The notes under the pieces: model-generated
Told to the model about the DNA's origin: nothing
The model's input: the letters and a program-made list of their open reading frames with translations, nothing else
The model's database searches: none
Program-made: the position numbers and the translations under genes
Source of the DNA: Candidatus Poribacteria bacterium
Lineage (GTDB): Bacteria; Poribacteria; WGA-4E; PCPOR2b
Reading direction: 5' to 3'
DNA length: 64,000 bases
Assembly (NCBI GenBank): GCA_965198175.1
Contig: OZ240245.1
Span: forward strand, 1,088,001 to 1,152,000
In this document: in pieces, positions 21,225-30,254 of the stretch
Layout: the number at the start of each line of letters is the position of its first letter
Numbering within the stretch: position 1 is the stretch's first letter

Positions 21225-23087
21225 TTATTTTTTGACCGCTCCCCAAGTCGTTTGCAGCTTGTTCTCGGGTTCCACGCTCCGCCAGACGCGAGGTGTTGAC
21301 CAATCCGGCGAATGTGCATTTCTGAGAAAAAGTTTGACGCCTCCCCCGTTTATCCCAGTTACGTAGAGGTGTCCAGTTCCGCGGCTAAACAGGATGCTTT
21401 GTCCATCTGGCGACCACGAAAGACGTTCCTTTCCGTATTCAACCTCTTGGGAACTCAAAGTATGCCAAAGGGGTTCTTGATTATTACCATCGGCGTCCAC
21501 CAAGAATATGCCATAGCGGAAGGTGCGTCGCAGGTTTACTGAAAAAGCTGAAAAGACAATCGTCCGACCAATAGGCGCCCAAACAGCGTTGCGGACACCA
21601 ATCATCCCAAAATCCAAATCAATTGAGTTGACCTCGCGTGTATCCACATCAAGTATACGGATTTTTTCACCAATTCCTTCGGTATAATGGACAAACAGGA
21701 TTTTTCTGCCCTCCCCAGACCAACTGATTTTTCCGATTTGACCATCCAATGCCTCAGTCAATAATTGCTTATTCTGCCCATCCGGATTAATTGTATAAAT
21801 GCGATATACCATTGCATCCTGCTCGGGCTTATTCACAAAGGCAATCTTATCCGCTTGCGGCGACCATACCGGATATCCGTTGTAAACAGGACTATTGTCC
21901 AGCCGCATTTGACGGTTCCCGTCTTTGTCCATCACATGAATCTCCCACCTTCCATCTACATCTCGCGCGAAACTAATCTTATCCCCTCTGGGAGACCAAG
22001 CTGGCGCATATTCGGAAGATTCACTGTGAGTCAAATTCACAATCCAGCCGCCTTCGGCGTTCATCCTGTGAATGTCAGCGTTGCCAGTTCTTTTAGAAAT
22101 GAACACGAGGTGTTTTCCATCCGGGGACCAGCTCGGCTGCGAGTCGGAAGATGGGTCACGAGTTAGACGGACAGTTCGCAGGGAATCTTTATCGAATATG
22201 TAAATGTCCAAGTTATCATCTCTCCTAGACGAAAATGCAATCCGCTTCCCATCAGGAGAAAAGGCGGGGTTATCGTTGTGGTCGCCATCCATAATTAGGC
22301 TTTTTAAGCCGGTTCCATCAGCACTGACTTGCCAAATTTGCCTGACATCGCTTGGCGGGGCCTCGTCAACAACTGCCGAATGGTATGCCACCTCAGTACC
22401 ATCCGGTGACCATCTCGGGTAGGCGGTACGAAATTGGCTTTCTGTAAGAATCTGTTGGTGTCCCGTTTTGACATCCATTGACCAAACTTGAGCTGTAGCC
22501 CTGTGCTGATCAGATGCGAACACGATTTTTCTCCCGTCGGGAGACCAGTCAGGTTGAACATCGTCTCCGCCACTATCTGTCAGGGGAGTGCGATGATTCC
22601 CTTTTTCATCCACGGTGTAGAGGTCGTAATCACCGTCAAAATTTGAAGCGAACACAATCCTACTTCCGTCCGGTGCCCAAGAAGGGTAAAGACTCTGACG
22701 CCCTGTATTTTGTGAAAATGTCACGCGACGTTGCTCTCGAGACTGTATATCCATAGTAAAAATGTCAAGGTTTCGTCCTTGATTGACTGACGATACGAAT
22801 GCAATACGTTTACCATCAAACGACAATGATGGTGTTGAATAGCGTCCTTGTAATGTAAGTTTTTTGACTTGACCGCCCGCACCATTTGCGAGGCGTATCT
22901 GTTGGGGACCTGCATCTTCAGACACAAACACAATTTGTTCCCGCTGCCTTTGGGCATTTACGGAAAAAGCACTTAAATTCATCAGTAGCAATAATAAAAC
23001 AAAGCGTGTGACGACCTCAATACTAGCTGGCAAGTAATGATTCGCATCATTCGTTTTAGTTGGTTGATGGCATCTCCACATTGTCAT
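21225..23087 (-). CDS. TolB-like PD40/WD40-like beta-propeller repeat protein, paralog 1
   Basis: About 12 P.WSPDG..I.F.S repeats, signal peptide, tail SVEPENKLQTTWGAVKK. Confidence 0.9.
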   Translation of the reverse strand: MTMWRCHQPTKTNDANHYLPASIEVVTRFVLLLLLMNLSAFSVNAQRQREQIVFVSEDAGPQQIRLANGAGGQVKKLTLQGRYSTPSLSFDGKRIAFVSSVNQGRNLDIFTMDIQSREQRRVTFSQNTGRQSLYPSWAPDGSRIVFASNFDGDYDLYTVDEKGNHRTPLTDSGGDDVQPDWSPDGRKIVFASDQHRATAQVWSMDVKTGHQQILTESQFRTAYPRWSPDGTEVAYHSAVVDEAPPSDVRQIWQVSADGTGLKSLIMDGDHNDNPAFSPDGKRIAFSSRRDDNLDIYIFDKDSLRTVRLTRDPSSDSQPSWSPDGKHLVFISKRTGNADIHRMNAEGGWIVNLTHSESSEYAPAWSPRGDKISFARDVDGRWEIHVMDKDGNRQMRLDNSPVYNGYPVWSPQADKIAFVNKPEQDAMVYRIYTINPDGQNKQLLTEALDGQIGKISWSGEGRKILFVHYTEGIGEKIRILDVDTREVNSIDLDFGMIGVRNAVWAPIGRTIVFSAFSVNLRRTFRYGIFLVDADGNNQEPLWHTLSSQEVEYGKERLSWSPDGQSILFSRGTGHLYVTGINGGGVKLFLRNAHSPDWSTPRVWRSVEPENKLQTTWGAVKK

Positions 23088-23202
23088 TATCGTCGAGCCT
23101 CCTCGTGCATTACAGCACTAAGCAAGTTGCTTACTATTGTTGAATTACCGGCTACAATCGGCGTCGCCGAAAATATCTCCAAGAGTTCGTTCTGGGCACG
23201 TT

Positions 23203-25059
23203 TTATTTCTTGACTTCGCCCCAAGTCGTGTGCAGCTTGTTCTCGGCTGTTACTCTCTCGCGGGAAACAGGCGTTTTCCAATCCGGCGAATGTGCATTTC
23301 TGAGAAAAAGTTTGACCCCTCCCCCGTTTATCCCAGTTACGTAGAGGTGTCCAGTTCCGCGGCTAAAAAGGATGCTTTGTCCATCCGGCGACCACGAAAG
23401 ACGTTCCCCTCCGTAATAAAGCCCTTGGGGACTGAAAGTATGCCAAAGGGGTTCTTGATTATTGCCGTCGGCGTCCACCAAGAATATGCCATAGCGGACG
23501 ATGCGCCGCACGTCTATTGAAAACGCTGTAAAGACAATTGTCCTGCCAATGGGCGCCCAAACTGCGCTGTCAATCGGAACCTCCATCAAATGAATTGAGT
23601 TGACCACTTTTCGTGTCATCACATCAAGTATACGGATTTCGTCAATCCCTTGGTCCAATTTGCTCCAATAGACAAACAGCATTTTTTTGCCATCCGGAGA
23701 CCATCTAGGGCTTCTAACATCCGCACCTAATGTCTCATATAATAATTGCTTATTCTGCCCATCCGGATCAATTGTATAAATGCGCAAAACCTTTGAATCC
23801 TGTTCGGGCGTGTTCACAAAGGCAATCTTATCCCCTTGCGGTGACCATGATGGATATCCGTTGAAAACAGGACTATTATCCAGCCGCATTTGACGGTTCC
23901 CGCCGTTGTCCATCACATGAATCTCCCACCTTCCATCTACAACTCGCACGAAACTAATCTTATCCCCTCCGGGAGACCAAGCTGGCATATATTCGGAAGT
24001 TTCACTCTGAGTCAAATTCACAATTCCGCCGCCTTCGGCGTTCATCTTATGAATGTCAGGATTGCCCGTTCTGTCAGAAACAAAAACAAGATGTCTACCA
24101 TCCGGGGACCAACTCGGTTGATAATCGGGAGACGGGTCGCGAGTTAGACGGCGAGTTTCCAGAGAATCCCTATCGAAGATGTAAATGTCCGTGTTATCAT
24201 CTCTCTTAGATGAAAATGCAATCTGCTTCCCGTCGGGAGAAATGGCGGGGCTACCGCTTTCACCTTCGACAATTAGGCTTTTTACGTCCGTTCCATCAGT
24301 TCTGACTTGCCAAATCTGCCAGCCGCCGGTTAGCGCCTCGTCAGCCACTGACGAATGGTATGCCACCTGAGTCCCATCAGGAGACCATCTCGGGTAGGCG
24401 GTTGGAAATCGGCTTTCTGTAAGTATCTGTTGGTGTCCTGTTTTGACATCCATCGACCAAACTTGAACTGCTGTTCTGTGCTGATCAGAAGCGAATACGA
24501 TTTTACTCCCGTCGGGTGACCAGTCAGGTTGGACATCGTCTCCCTCACTATCCGTCAGGCGAGTGTGATATTTCCCTTTTTCATCCACGGTGTAGAGGTC
24601 GTAGTCACCATCAAAATTTGAAGCGAACACAATCCGACTTCCGTCCGGTGCCCAAGAAGGATCAAGATTGTAATGTCGATGATTTTGTGAAAATGTCACT
24701 CGACGTTGCTCACGTGACCGTATATCCATAATAAAAATATCGCCGTTTTGCCCTCGAGGAATGAACGAGACAAATGCAACCCGTTTTCCATCGAACGATA
24801 ATGATGGTGTAAAATAGAATCCTTGTAATGTAAGATTCTTAGCTAGACCGCCTAAACCATTTGTGAGGCGTAATTGATTAGACTCATCCCCTTGAGACAC
24901 AAACACGATTTGCTCCCGCTGCCATTGGGCATTTGCGGATAATACACTGAAATTCAGTAGCAAAAATAAAAAAAAGCGTGTGACGGCCTCAATTCTTGCC
25001 GATAGGTAACAGTTCGCATAATACGTTTTAGTTGGTCGATGGCATCTGCTCATGAACAT
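23203..25059 (-). CDS. TolB-like PD40 beta-propeller repeat protein, paralog 2
   Basis: Colinear with paralog 1 over its full length; tail VTAENKLHTTWGEVKK. Confidence 0.9.
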   Translation of the reverse strand: MFMSRCHRPTKTYYANCYLSARIEAVTRFFLFLLLNFSVLSANAQWQREQIVFVSQGDESNQLRLTNGLGGLAKNLTLQGFYFTPSLSFDGKRVAFVSFIPRGQNGDIFIMDIRSREQRRVTFSQNHRHYNLDPSWAPDGSRIVFASNFDGDYDLYTVDEKGKYHTRLTDSEGDDVQPDWSPDGSKIVFASDQHRTAVQVWSMDVKTGHQQILTESRFPTAYPRWSPDGTQVAYHSSVADEALTGGWQIWQVRTDGTDVKSLIVEGESGSPAISPDGKQIAFSSKRDDNTDIYIFDRDSLETRRLTRDPSPDYQPSWSPDGRHLVFVSDRTGNPDIHKMNAEGGGIVNLTQSETSEYMPAWSPGGDKISFVRVVDGRWEIHVMDNGGNRQMRLDNSPVFNGYPSWSPQGDKIAFVNTPEQDSKVLRIYTIDPDGQNKQLLYETLGADVRSPRWSPDGKKMLFVYWSKLDQGIDEIRILDVMTRKVVNSIHLMEVPIDSAVWAPIGRTIVFTAFSIDVRRIVRYGIFLVDADGNNQEPLWHTFSPQGLYYGGERLSWSPDGQSILFSRGTGHLYVTGINGGGVKLFLRNAHSPDWKTPVSRERVTAENKLHTTWGEVKK

Positions 25060-25263
25060 TACCGTCGAGCCTCCTTGTGCTATGTAACCAATGGTGCTAG
25101 TTCAATGTAGAGGTCATGAGCCGGTTTCCTAATTGAATCGTTAATCGGGGTAACAAACCGTTTCGATTAGCGGGAGGCTCCCTAACTCATCACCACTGCA
25201 AAATTTCTCACACAATTCTTCTGTTGGGCAGATGATAGACTCAAGCAACAAAACAGCAACTCA

Positions 25264-25443
25264 TTTGCTGGAATTATAGCATTTCCTGTTACGGCATGTC
25301 AAGAAAAATGCTAAAAGACTTGCATGTTTTGCTAAATGCCTCTGCAATCTCGCCACACGGCGGTTCCATCAATGTATATGGGCAAGAATACCCTTGATTG
25401 GGAAAGAGAACATGTAGATATTTAGGCGAGAATTTTTGGGAAG
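25264..25443 (-). promoter_or_regulatory. Promoter with candidate BlaI operators (copy B of duplicated region)
   Basis: TTGACA (25297-25302)-18-TATAAT (25273-25278); TGCTG-N6-TAGCA at 25266-25281; TGCTA-N6-TTGCA at 25309-25324; aligns with 20797-20975. Confidence 0.7.
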
Positions 25444-25617
25444 ATGTGTCGGGCGAGACAGTGACGAGAGCAGACCATTTAACATTTGCTCAATCAACGA
25501 ATTAGTATTCTGAGGGATGACTGAGAGGTGCTGTTGGTCTGCTGTACACCTTGGAAGGAGGAAAGGTCGAATTAGTAACGGTGTGTAAGCATGCTTGCAC
25601 TAATCTTTCAACACCGT

Positions 25618-26517
25618 TCATTTACCTAGAAGGTGTCGCAGTGCACCTTCGAGTTCAGGATAGTGGAACGTGTAACCTGTTTCCGCCAGTCGAGAGGGTT
25701 CCACACGGGTGCTCGCAAGCAGCATTTCGTCCGCCATCTCTCCGAAGATGGAACGAACCATAAAGGCGGGCATACCAAACAAGGTGGGGCGATTTAGCAC
25801 GCGCCCCAATGTTTTTGTAAACTCACTGTTTGTGACGGCGTGGGGTGTTACCGCATTCACAGGACCGTGCAAACCGTCTTGAGTAAGAACGTGATGGATT
25901 ACCTCAACGACATCATCCAACGCGATCCAACTAATATACTGCTTCCCATTCCCCAATTTGCCTCCAGATCCCATCCTGAATGGCGGAAGCATCTTTGCCA
26001 AGGCACCTCCGTCTGGGCTAAGTACAACGCCAATACGAAGATTTACGACTCTAATACCTGCTTCTGTCGCCGCACCCGTGGCTGCCTCCCATTCGTGACA
26101 GACATCGGCGAGAAACCCTGAACCCGAAAAAGCGCCCTCATTGACAACCGCATCGCCGCGATTGCCGTAGTAGCCGATAGCCGACGAGCACATCAATGCC
26201 TTGGGCGGCTGCGCTAGCTCGGAGAGCGATTCGCAGAGCAAACCAGTTCCTTCGACACGGCTGTTACGAATTCGGGCTTTTTTCTCAGCCGTCCATTTTC
26301 CGCTGGCGAGGTTTTCACCGGCGAGATGCACGACGGCGTCCAGTCCTTCGAGCCCCGCTTTGTCAATGCTGCCTGTGTCAGGCGACCAGTGAATCTCATC
26401 TTCTGCGGACGTGGGCTCGGTGCGGACGAGTTTCCTGACCTCATGTCCCTGCTCGGCGAGAAAGTCAACCAGCGCCGAACCAACGAGTCCCGTTGATCCA
26501 GTCACGAGGATTTTCAT
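25618..26517 (-). CDS. TIGR01777 family NAD-dependent epimerase/oxidoreductase (YfcH-like)
   Basis: MKILVTGSTGLVG, VVHLAGE, SAIGYYG, RIGVVLS, GKQYISWI, GPVN. Confidence 0.92.
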   Translation of the reverse strand: MKILVTGSTGLVGSALVDFLAEQGHEVRKLVRTEPTSAEDEIHWSPDTGSIDKAGLEGLDAVVHLAGENLASGKWTAEKKARIRNSRVEGTGLLCESLSELAQPPKALMCSSAIGYYGNRGDAVVNEGAFSGSGFLADVCHEWEAATGAATEAGIRVVNLRIGVVLSPDGGALAKMLPPFRMGSGGKLGNGKQYISWIALDDVVEVIHHVLTQDGLHGPVNAVTPHAVTNSEFTKTLGRVLNRPTLFGMPAFMVRSIFGEMADEMLLASTRVEPSRLAETGYTFHYPELEGALRHLLGK

Positions 26518-26659
26518 AGACGTGCTCTCCGTATCAAACTGTTGCTATCTGTGATTTCGTGTAGTTCGGTTCGCTTTATATTCGAAACGCACACGGTGGG
26601 AAACGACGAATGCGCCCCCCACAATAACCCCGCGTGCACTTCGAGCGAGGTGTTACGCC

Positions 26660-27964
26660 TCATGCAAACAACTCTTTGACGACTGCGCCGTTGTCAACGA
26701 CCCGAATCGGACGCCCCATTCTAGAATAATTCTCGTTGTGAAAGTCAATCCCAAGCGCAAAGCAGAGCGACGCAAAAAGATCGGGTACGGACACCGGACG
26801 ATCAACAACCTCTATACCTTCTGCATCTGTCGCGCCAACTGTCTGTCCGCCTCGAATCCCGCCGCCCGCGAGAACGGCAGACCAGCCGTCCGGGAAGTGA
26901 TCGCGACCGTCATTCTCGTTAATCTTCGGTGTTCGCCCAAACTCCCCAAGCCATAACACGACCGTCTTGTCCAGCATATCCCGATCTGCGAGATCCTTCA
27001 CTAGTGCCGAGAAAGCCGGATCGACCACGCCAAGTAGGTTCTTCACCGATTCAAAGTTATTTTGATGCGTATCCCAACCGTCAAGCGAGACCTCGACGAA
27101 CTTCACTCCCGCCTCAACCAACCGGCGCGCCATCAGGCAGCCTTGCCCAAATTGGTTCATTCCGTACGCTTCTCTTAAGGCAGTCGGTTCATCATTGAGA
27201 CTGAACGCCTTCGCATTCGGCGAGTTAATCAGTTTATCCGCCTTCTTGTAGACAGCTTGATGGGCTTCCGTGCTGCGCGTGTTTCGCTTTTTGAGGAAAT
27301 CCTTTTCCAAATCCTTCAACATTTTCAGACGTTGTCGGAATCTATGACGATCCATCTGTGACGGGTACCGGAGATCCTCAATCGGCTTCATCGGATTGCT
27401 GACAAGGAACGGATCGTGCGCCGCACCGAGAAAACCGCCCGTAAACGTTGGTGAGTTGATGTTAACGCAGCTCGGTAATTCAAAATCTTCGTCATCCATG
27501 TAATACGAAGCAATTGAACCCAATGTTGGGTGCTGCACCGATCCCGTTGGCGCATAGCCCGTATGCAGGAGGAATCTCGCTCTCTCATGATTCCCTTCAC
27601 GCGAAACCATCGATCGGATAATGGAAAGGTGATGGGCTTGCTCCGCCAACAACGGCAGATTCTCAGAGAACTCAATGCCCTTCGCACTTGTCGAAATCGC
27701 CTTGAAAGGTCCCCCGTTTGACGTGCCCGCTTTCGGATCAAACGTATCCAATTGGCTGGGACCGCCGCTCATGAATAGAACAATGCAGTGTTCCGCTTGC
27801 GACGGAAGCGCATCCGTTGCAGAGAATGCCGACAGTTGCAGCTGCTGCATCGCTATCATCCCCAAAAAACTGCTCGTACCAAATTTGAGAAAACTGCGTC
27901 GTGACATCTCTTTATCGAGGAGTTCTGGGTTTTTATTTTCTGGAAACCATAGCTGCGTGTTCAT
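26660..27964 (-). CDS. DUF1501 domain protein with Tat signal
   Basis: SRRSFLK, LFMSGGPSQLDTFDPK, ARRLVEAGV, GWDTH, GEFGRTP, GRDH. Confidence 0.92.
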   Translation of the reverse strand: MNTQLWFPENKNPELLDKEMSRRSFLKFGTSSFLGMIAMQQLQLSAFSATDALPSQAEHCIVLFMSGGPSQLDTFDPKAGTSNGGPFKAISTSAKGIEFSENLPLLAEQAHHLSIIRSMVSREGNHERARFLLHTGYAPTGSVQHPTLGSIASYYMDDEDFELPSCVNINSPTFTGGFLGAAHDPFLVSNPMKPIEDLRYPSQMDRHRFRQRLKMLKDLEKDFLKKRNTRSTEAHQAVYKKADKLINSPNAKAFSLNDEPTALREAYGMNQFGQGCLMARRLVEAGVKFVEVSLDGWDTHQNNFESVKNLLGVVDPAFSALVKDLADRDMLDKTVVLWLGEFGRTPKINENDGRDHFPDGWSAVLAGGGIRGGQTVGATDAEGIEVVDRPVSVPDLFASLCFALGIDFHNENYSRMGRPIRVVDNGAVVKELFA

Positions 27965-28020
27965 GTCTTCTTCCTTTCTTCAACATCACAGGATTTTCAG
28001 CGTTAAACGCCGTAAGTCTA

Positions 28021-29598
28021 CTAGTGATTCAATGCGAACTCCGCCGAGTTCAGCAACGCCCAATAGAGATCTTCATACGGAAGTTCCTTATCGCGATACA
28101 GACTCGAGTTCTCGTAACGTTTGAAATAAGATTGTTCTGATGATGTTGGGGGGCGTGAGAGCGTCCTAAGATAGATTTGCTCTACCCGATCCGCTGTGGT
28201 GCGCCACCGTTTGAGAATATCATGGATTAAACTGCCCCGAGTTTTGTGATCTCCGCTATCATTCACCAGCGGCCCGTTGATCATCATCAACGCTTGCGGA
28301 ACGGTGCCGTTAAACGCCTCAAGTTCCTCCATTTCGCCGTTGGCAAGTAAGAAAATGAAGCGTTCGAGGTAGTCACGTTTCATACGTTCAAGCGCGTCGC
28401 GGTCTCGTCGTTTCTGGAGACGATCAAAGCCCGTCGCTTCAATCATCGAATAGAAGAACTGTTCCGATTTCAGCGGTTTGACATAGGCGTGCGAATAGTG
28501 TGTTTCGTCATCTGCGTTGCTTTTGTTCGTCGCAGAAGTTCGCTGATAGGCTTGGGAATTCAAAATCGTCCGCATGAAATATTGCAGGTCGTAGTTGTGC
28601 GCCACCAAGTCATTCGCCAACGAATCGAGCAACTCCGGATGAATTGCGGGGTACTCTTCTCCAAACCCGTCAAGCGGCTCGACAAACCCTTTGCCCAAAA
28701 AATGCGCCCAGATACGGTTGACTATGGCGTTGCTGAAATACGGATTCTCTTTCGACGTCATCCATTGGCTCAACGCACGGCGCCGCTTCGTAGGCGAACC
28801 TTTGTACCGTTCACCATCAAGGAAGCGCGGTGAAGTTTCCTCTTCTGAGTCCGGAATGTACACTGACCCGCGCGGAATATCCCTCAAAACGACATCGATT
28901 TCCTCTTCTTCGCCGTCATCGTCCTTCCGGTAGATTCGTTCATATTCTGTAGTTGCAAAAAACGCAGCTATGCTATAGAAATCTTCTTGCAGCCACACCT
29001 CGGTTTTATGGTCGTGGCACTGGGCGCACTGCATCGGCAGCCCAAGAAACAAACGTGACGTGTGAGCGGTCAAGTCTATCGGAGAGAGATCGTATCGAAG
29101 CAAAAAGCCGCCGGCGCCGTTCTCCGTGATCTTCCCTTCAGCCGTGATCAGTGCTGCAACAAACCGGTCGTATGACAAATTTCGCGCCAACGCGTTACGT
29201 ATCCAGCTCGACAACTCCATACGGCGTTCGATACCACCTCGCCCAACCAACCAGTTCAACCAAATCCGTGTCCAGTTGTCAAGATATGGTTCGCTGCCGA
29301 GCAACTCGTCAATCTTTTTCTCGCGTTTGTTCTTAGATCCATCTTCGAGGAAACTCACCACCTGTTCAACGGTGGGAATCTTTCCAGTCAAATCCAAATG
29401 GACGCGCCTCAAAAACTCTGCATCACTCGATTGCTTCGACGGCTTAATCCCCTCCGCTTTCAGCGTAGTGTTGATATATTTATCCAGGTGTCTTGTACTA
29501 GCGGAGATACGTGCCTCAACCATCCCGCCGAAGCCAAGCAGCATGATAGCCGCCAAGGCGACAATCCGGAAATCCCGCGCTCCTCGTGTAATCCTCAT
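28021..29598 (-). CDS. DUF1549/DUF1553 (PSCyt2/PSD1) protein
   Basis: EFLRRVHLDLTG, CAQCHDH, NPYFSNAIVNRIW, HPELLD.LA, QALMMING, LLNSAEFALNH. Confidence 0.92.
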   Translation of the reverse strand: MRITRGARDFRIVALAAIMLLGFGGMVEARISASTRHLDKYINTTLKAEGIKPSKQSSDAEFLRRVHLDLTGKIPTVEQVVSFLEDGSKNKREKKIDELLGSEPYLDNWTRIWLNWLVGRGGIERRMELSSWIRNALARNLSYDRFVAALITAEGKITENGAGGFLLRYDLSPIDLTAHTSRLFLGLPMQCAQCHDHKTEVWLQEDFYSIAAFFATTEYERIYRKDDDGEEEEIDVVLRDIPRGSVYIPDSEEETSPRFLDGERYKGSPTKRRRALSQWMTSKENPYFSNAIVNRIWAHFLGKGFVEPLDGFGEEYPAIHPELLDSLANDLVAHNYDLQYFMRTILNSQAYQRTSATNKSNADDETHYSHAYVKPLKSEQFFYSMIEATGFDRLQKRRDRDALERMKRDYLERFIFLLANGEMEELEAFNGTVPQALMMINGPLVNDSGDHKTRGSLIHDILKRWRTTADRVEQIYLRTLSRPPTSSEQSYFKRYENSSLYRDKELPYEDLYWALLNSAEFALNH

Positions 29599-29802
29599 GA
29601 GTTAAACTCCTATCCTAATAAACCCTTACTCGGTCAAGTTGCCGGCAACGCCGGCAGGACATCCTTCATCAACAGTCAATGTGATGGTCTAAATTTCGTG
29701 ACGCTTCTCCGATTTACGGTTGCTGTTATATCTTATTCTTATATGGTACTACCGACAATCAGGTGGTTTAAGTACTGGCTCCCTTCCCATTTTACCGATT
29801 TG

Positions 29803-29832
29803 ATTATAACATTCTCTCCTTAAAATCGTCAA
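29803..29832 (-). promoter_or_regulatory. Sigma-70 promoter for DUF1549/DUF1501 operon
   Basis: TTGACG-18-TATAAT with extended TG. Confidence 0.55.
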
Positions 29833-30187
29833 CAAAAATTGGACTGAGCTCCCTCGGCTGTACTATTGCCGTATAAGCTGCACCATTACCAATCATAGTT
29901 GTGTCAGCGGAAGCCTCCAAGATAGTCATTATGACGGGGACTTTTTTAGGGTAGCCGTAGGCTCAAGAGCGGGTGTTTTGTTGTCTATCGTCGTTCAAGC
30001 CAACGGTCTTTACCTTTGTACTGTATATGACCGAAGGATTGGCGCAGATATATCTTTGTCTTCGGATTTAAGCTGCCAATATGTCAAAACGACACCACTT
30101 CAAAACAACAAACTCCATTTTGCCAGTCTGGCATAGTTGTAAGTTATTGGATTACTGCGGGGCTCTGCAATAACACGATCTATGAGG

Positions 30188-30204
30188 TTGGCATTGATTC
30201 TGCA
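30188..30204 (+). promoter_or_regulatory. Sigma-54 (-24/-12) promoter for clpB
   Basis: TTGGCATTGATTCTGCA: GG-N10-GC, about 50 nt before the ATG. Confidence 0.65.
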
Positions 30205-30254
30205 TATGGTTATGCGTAAGACAATCTAATCACACACGGAGGAGCAGATCAACA

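Noticed and set aside
21225..25059. Repeated DNA as a possible CRISPR array or mobile repeat
   Set aside because: The repeats are coding PD40 blades and a gene duplication; no repeat-spacer pattern
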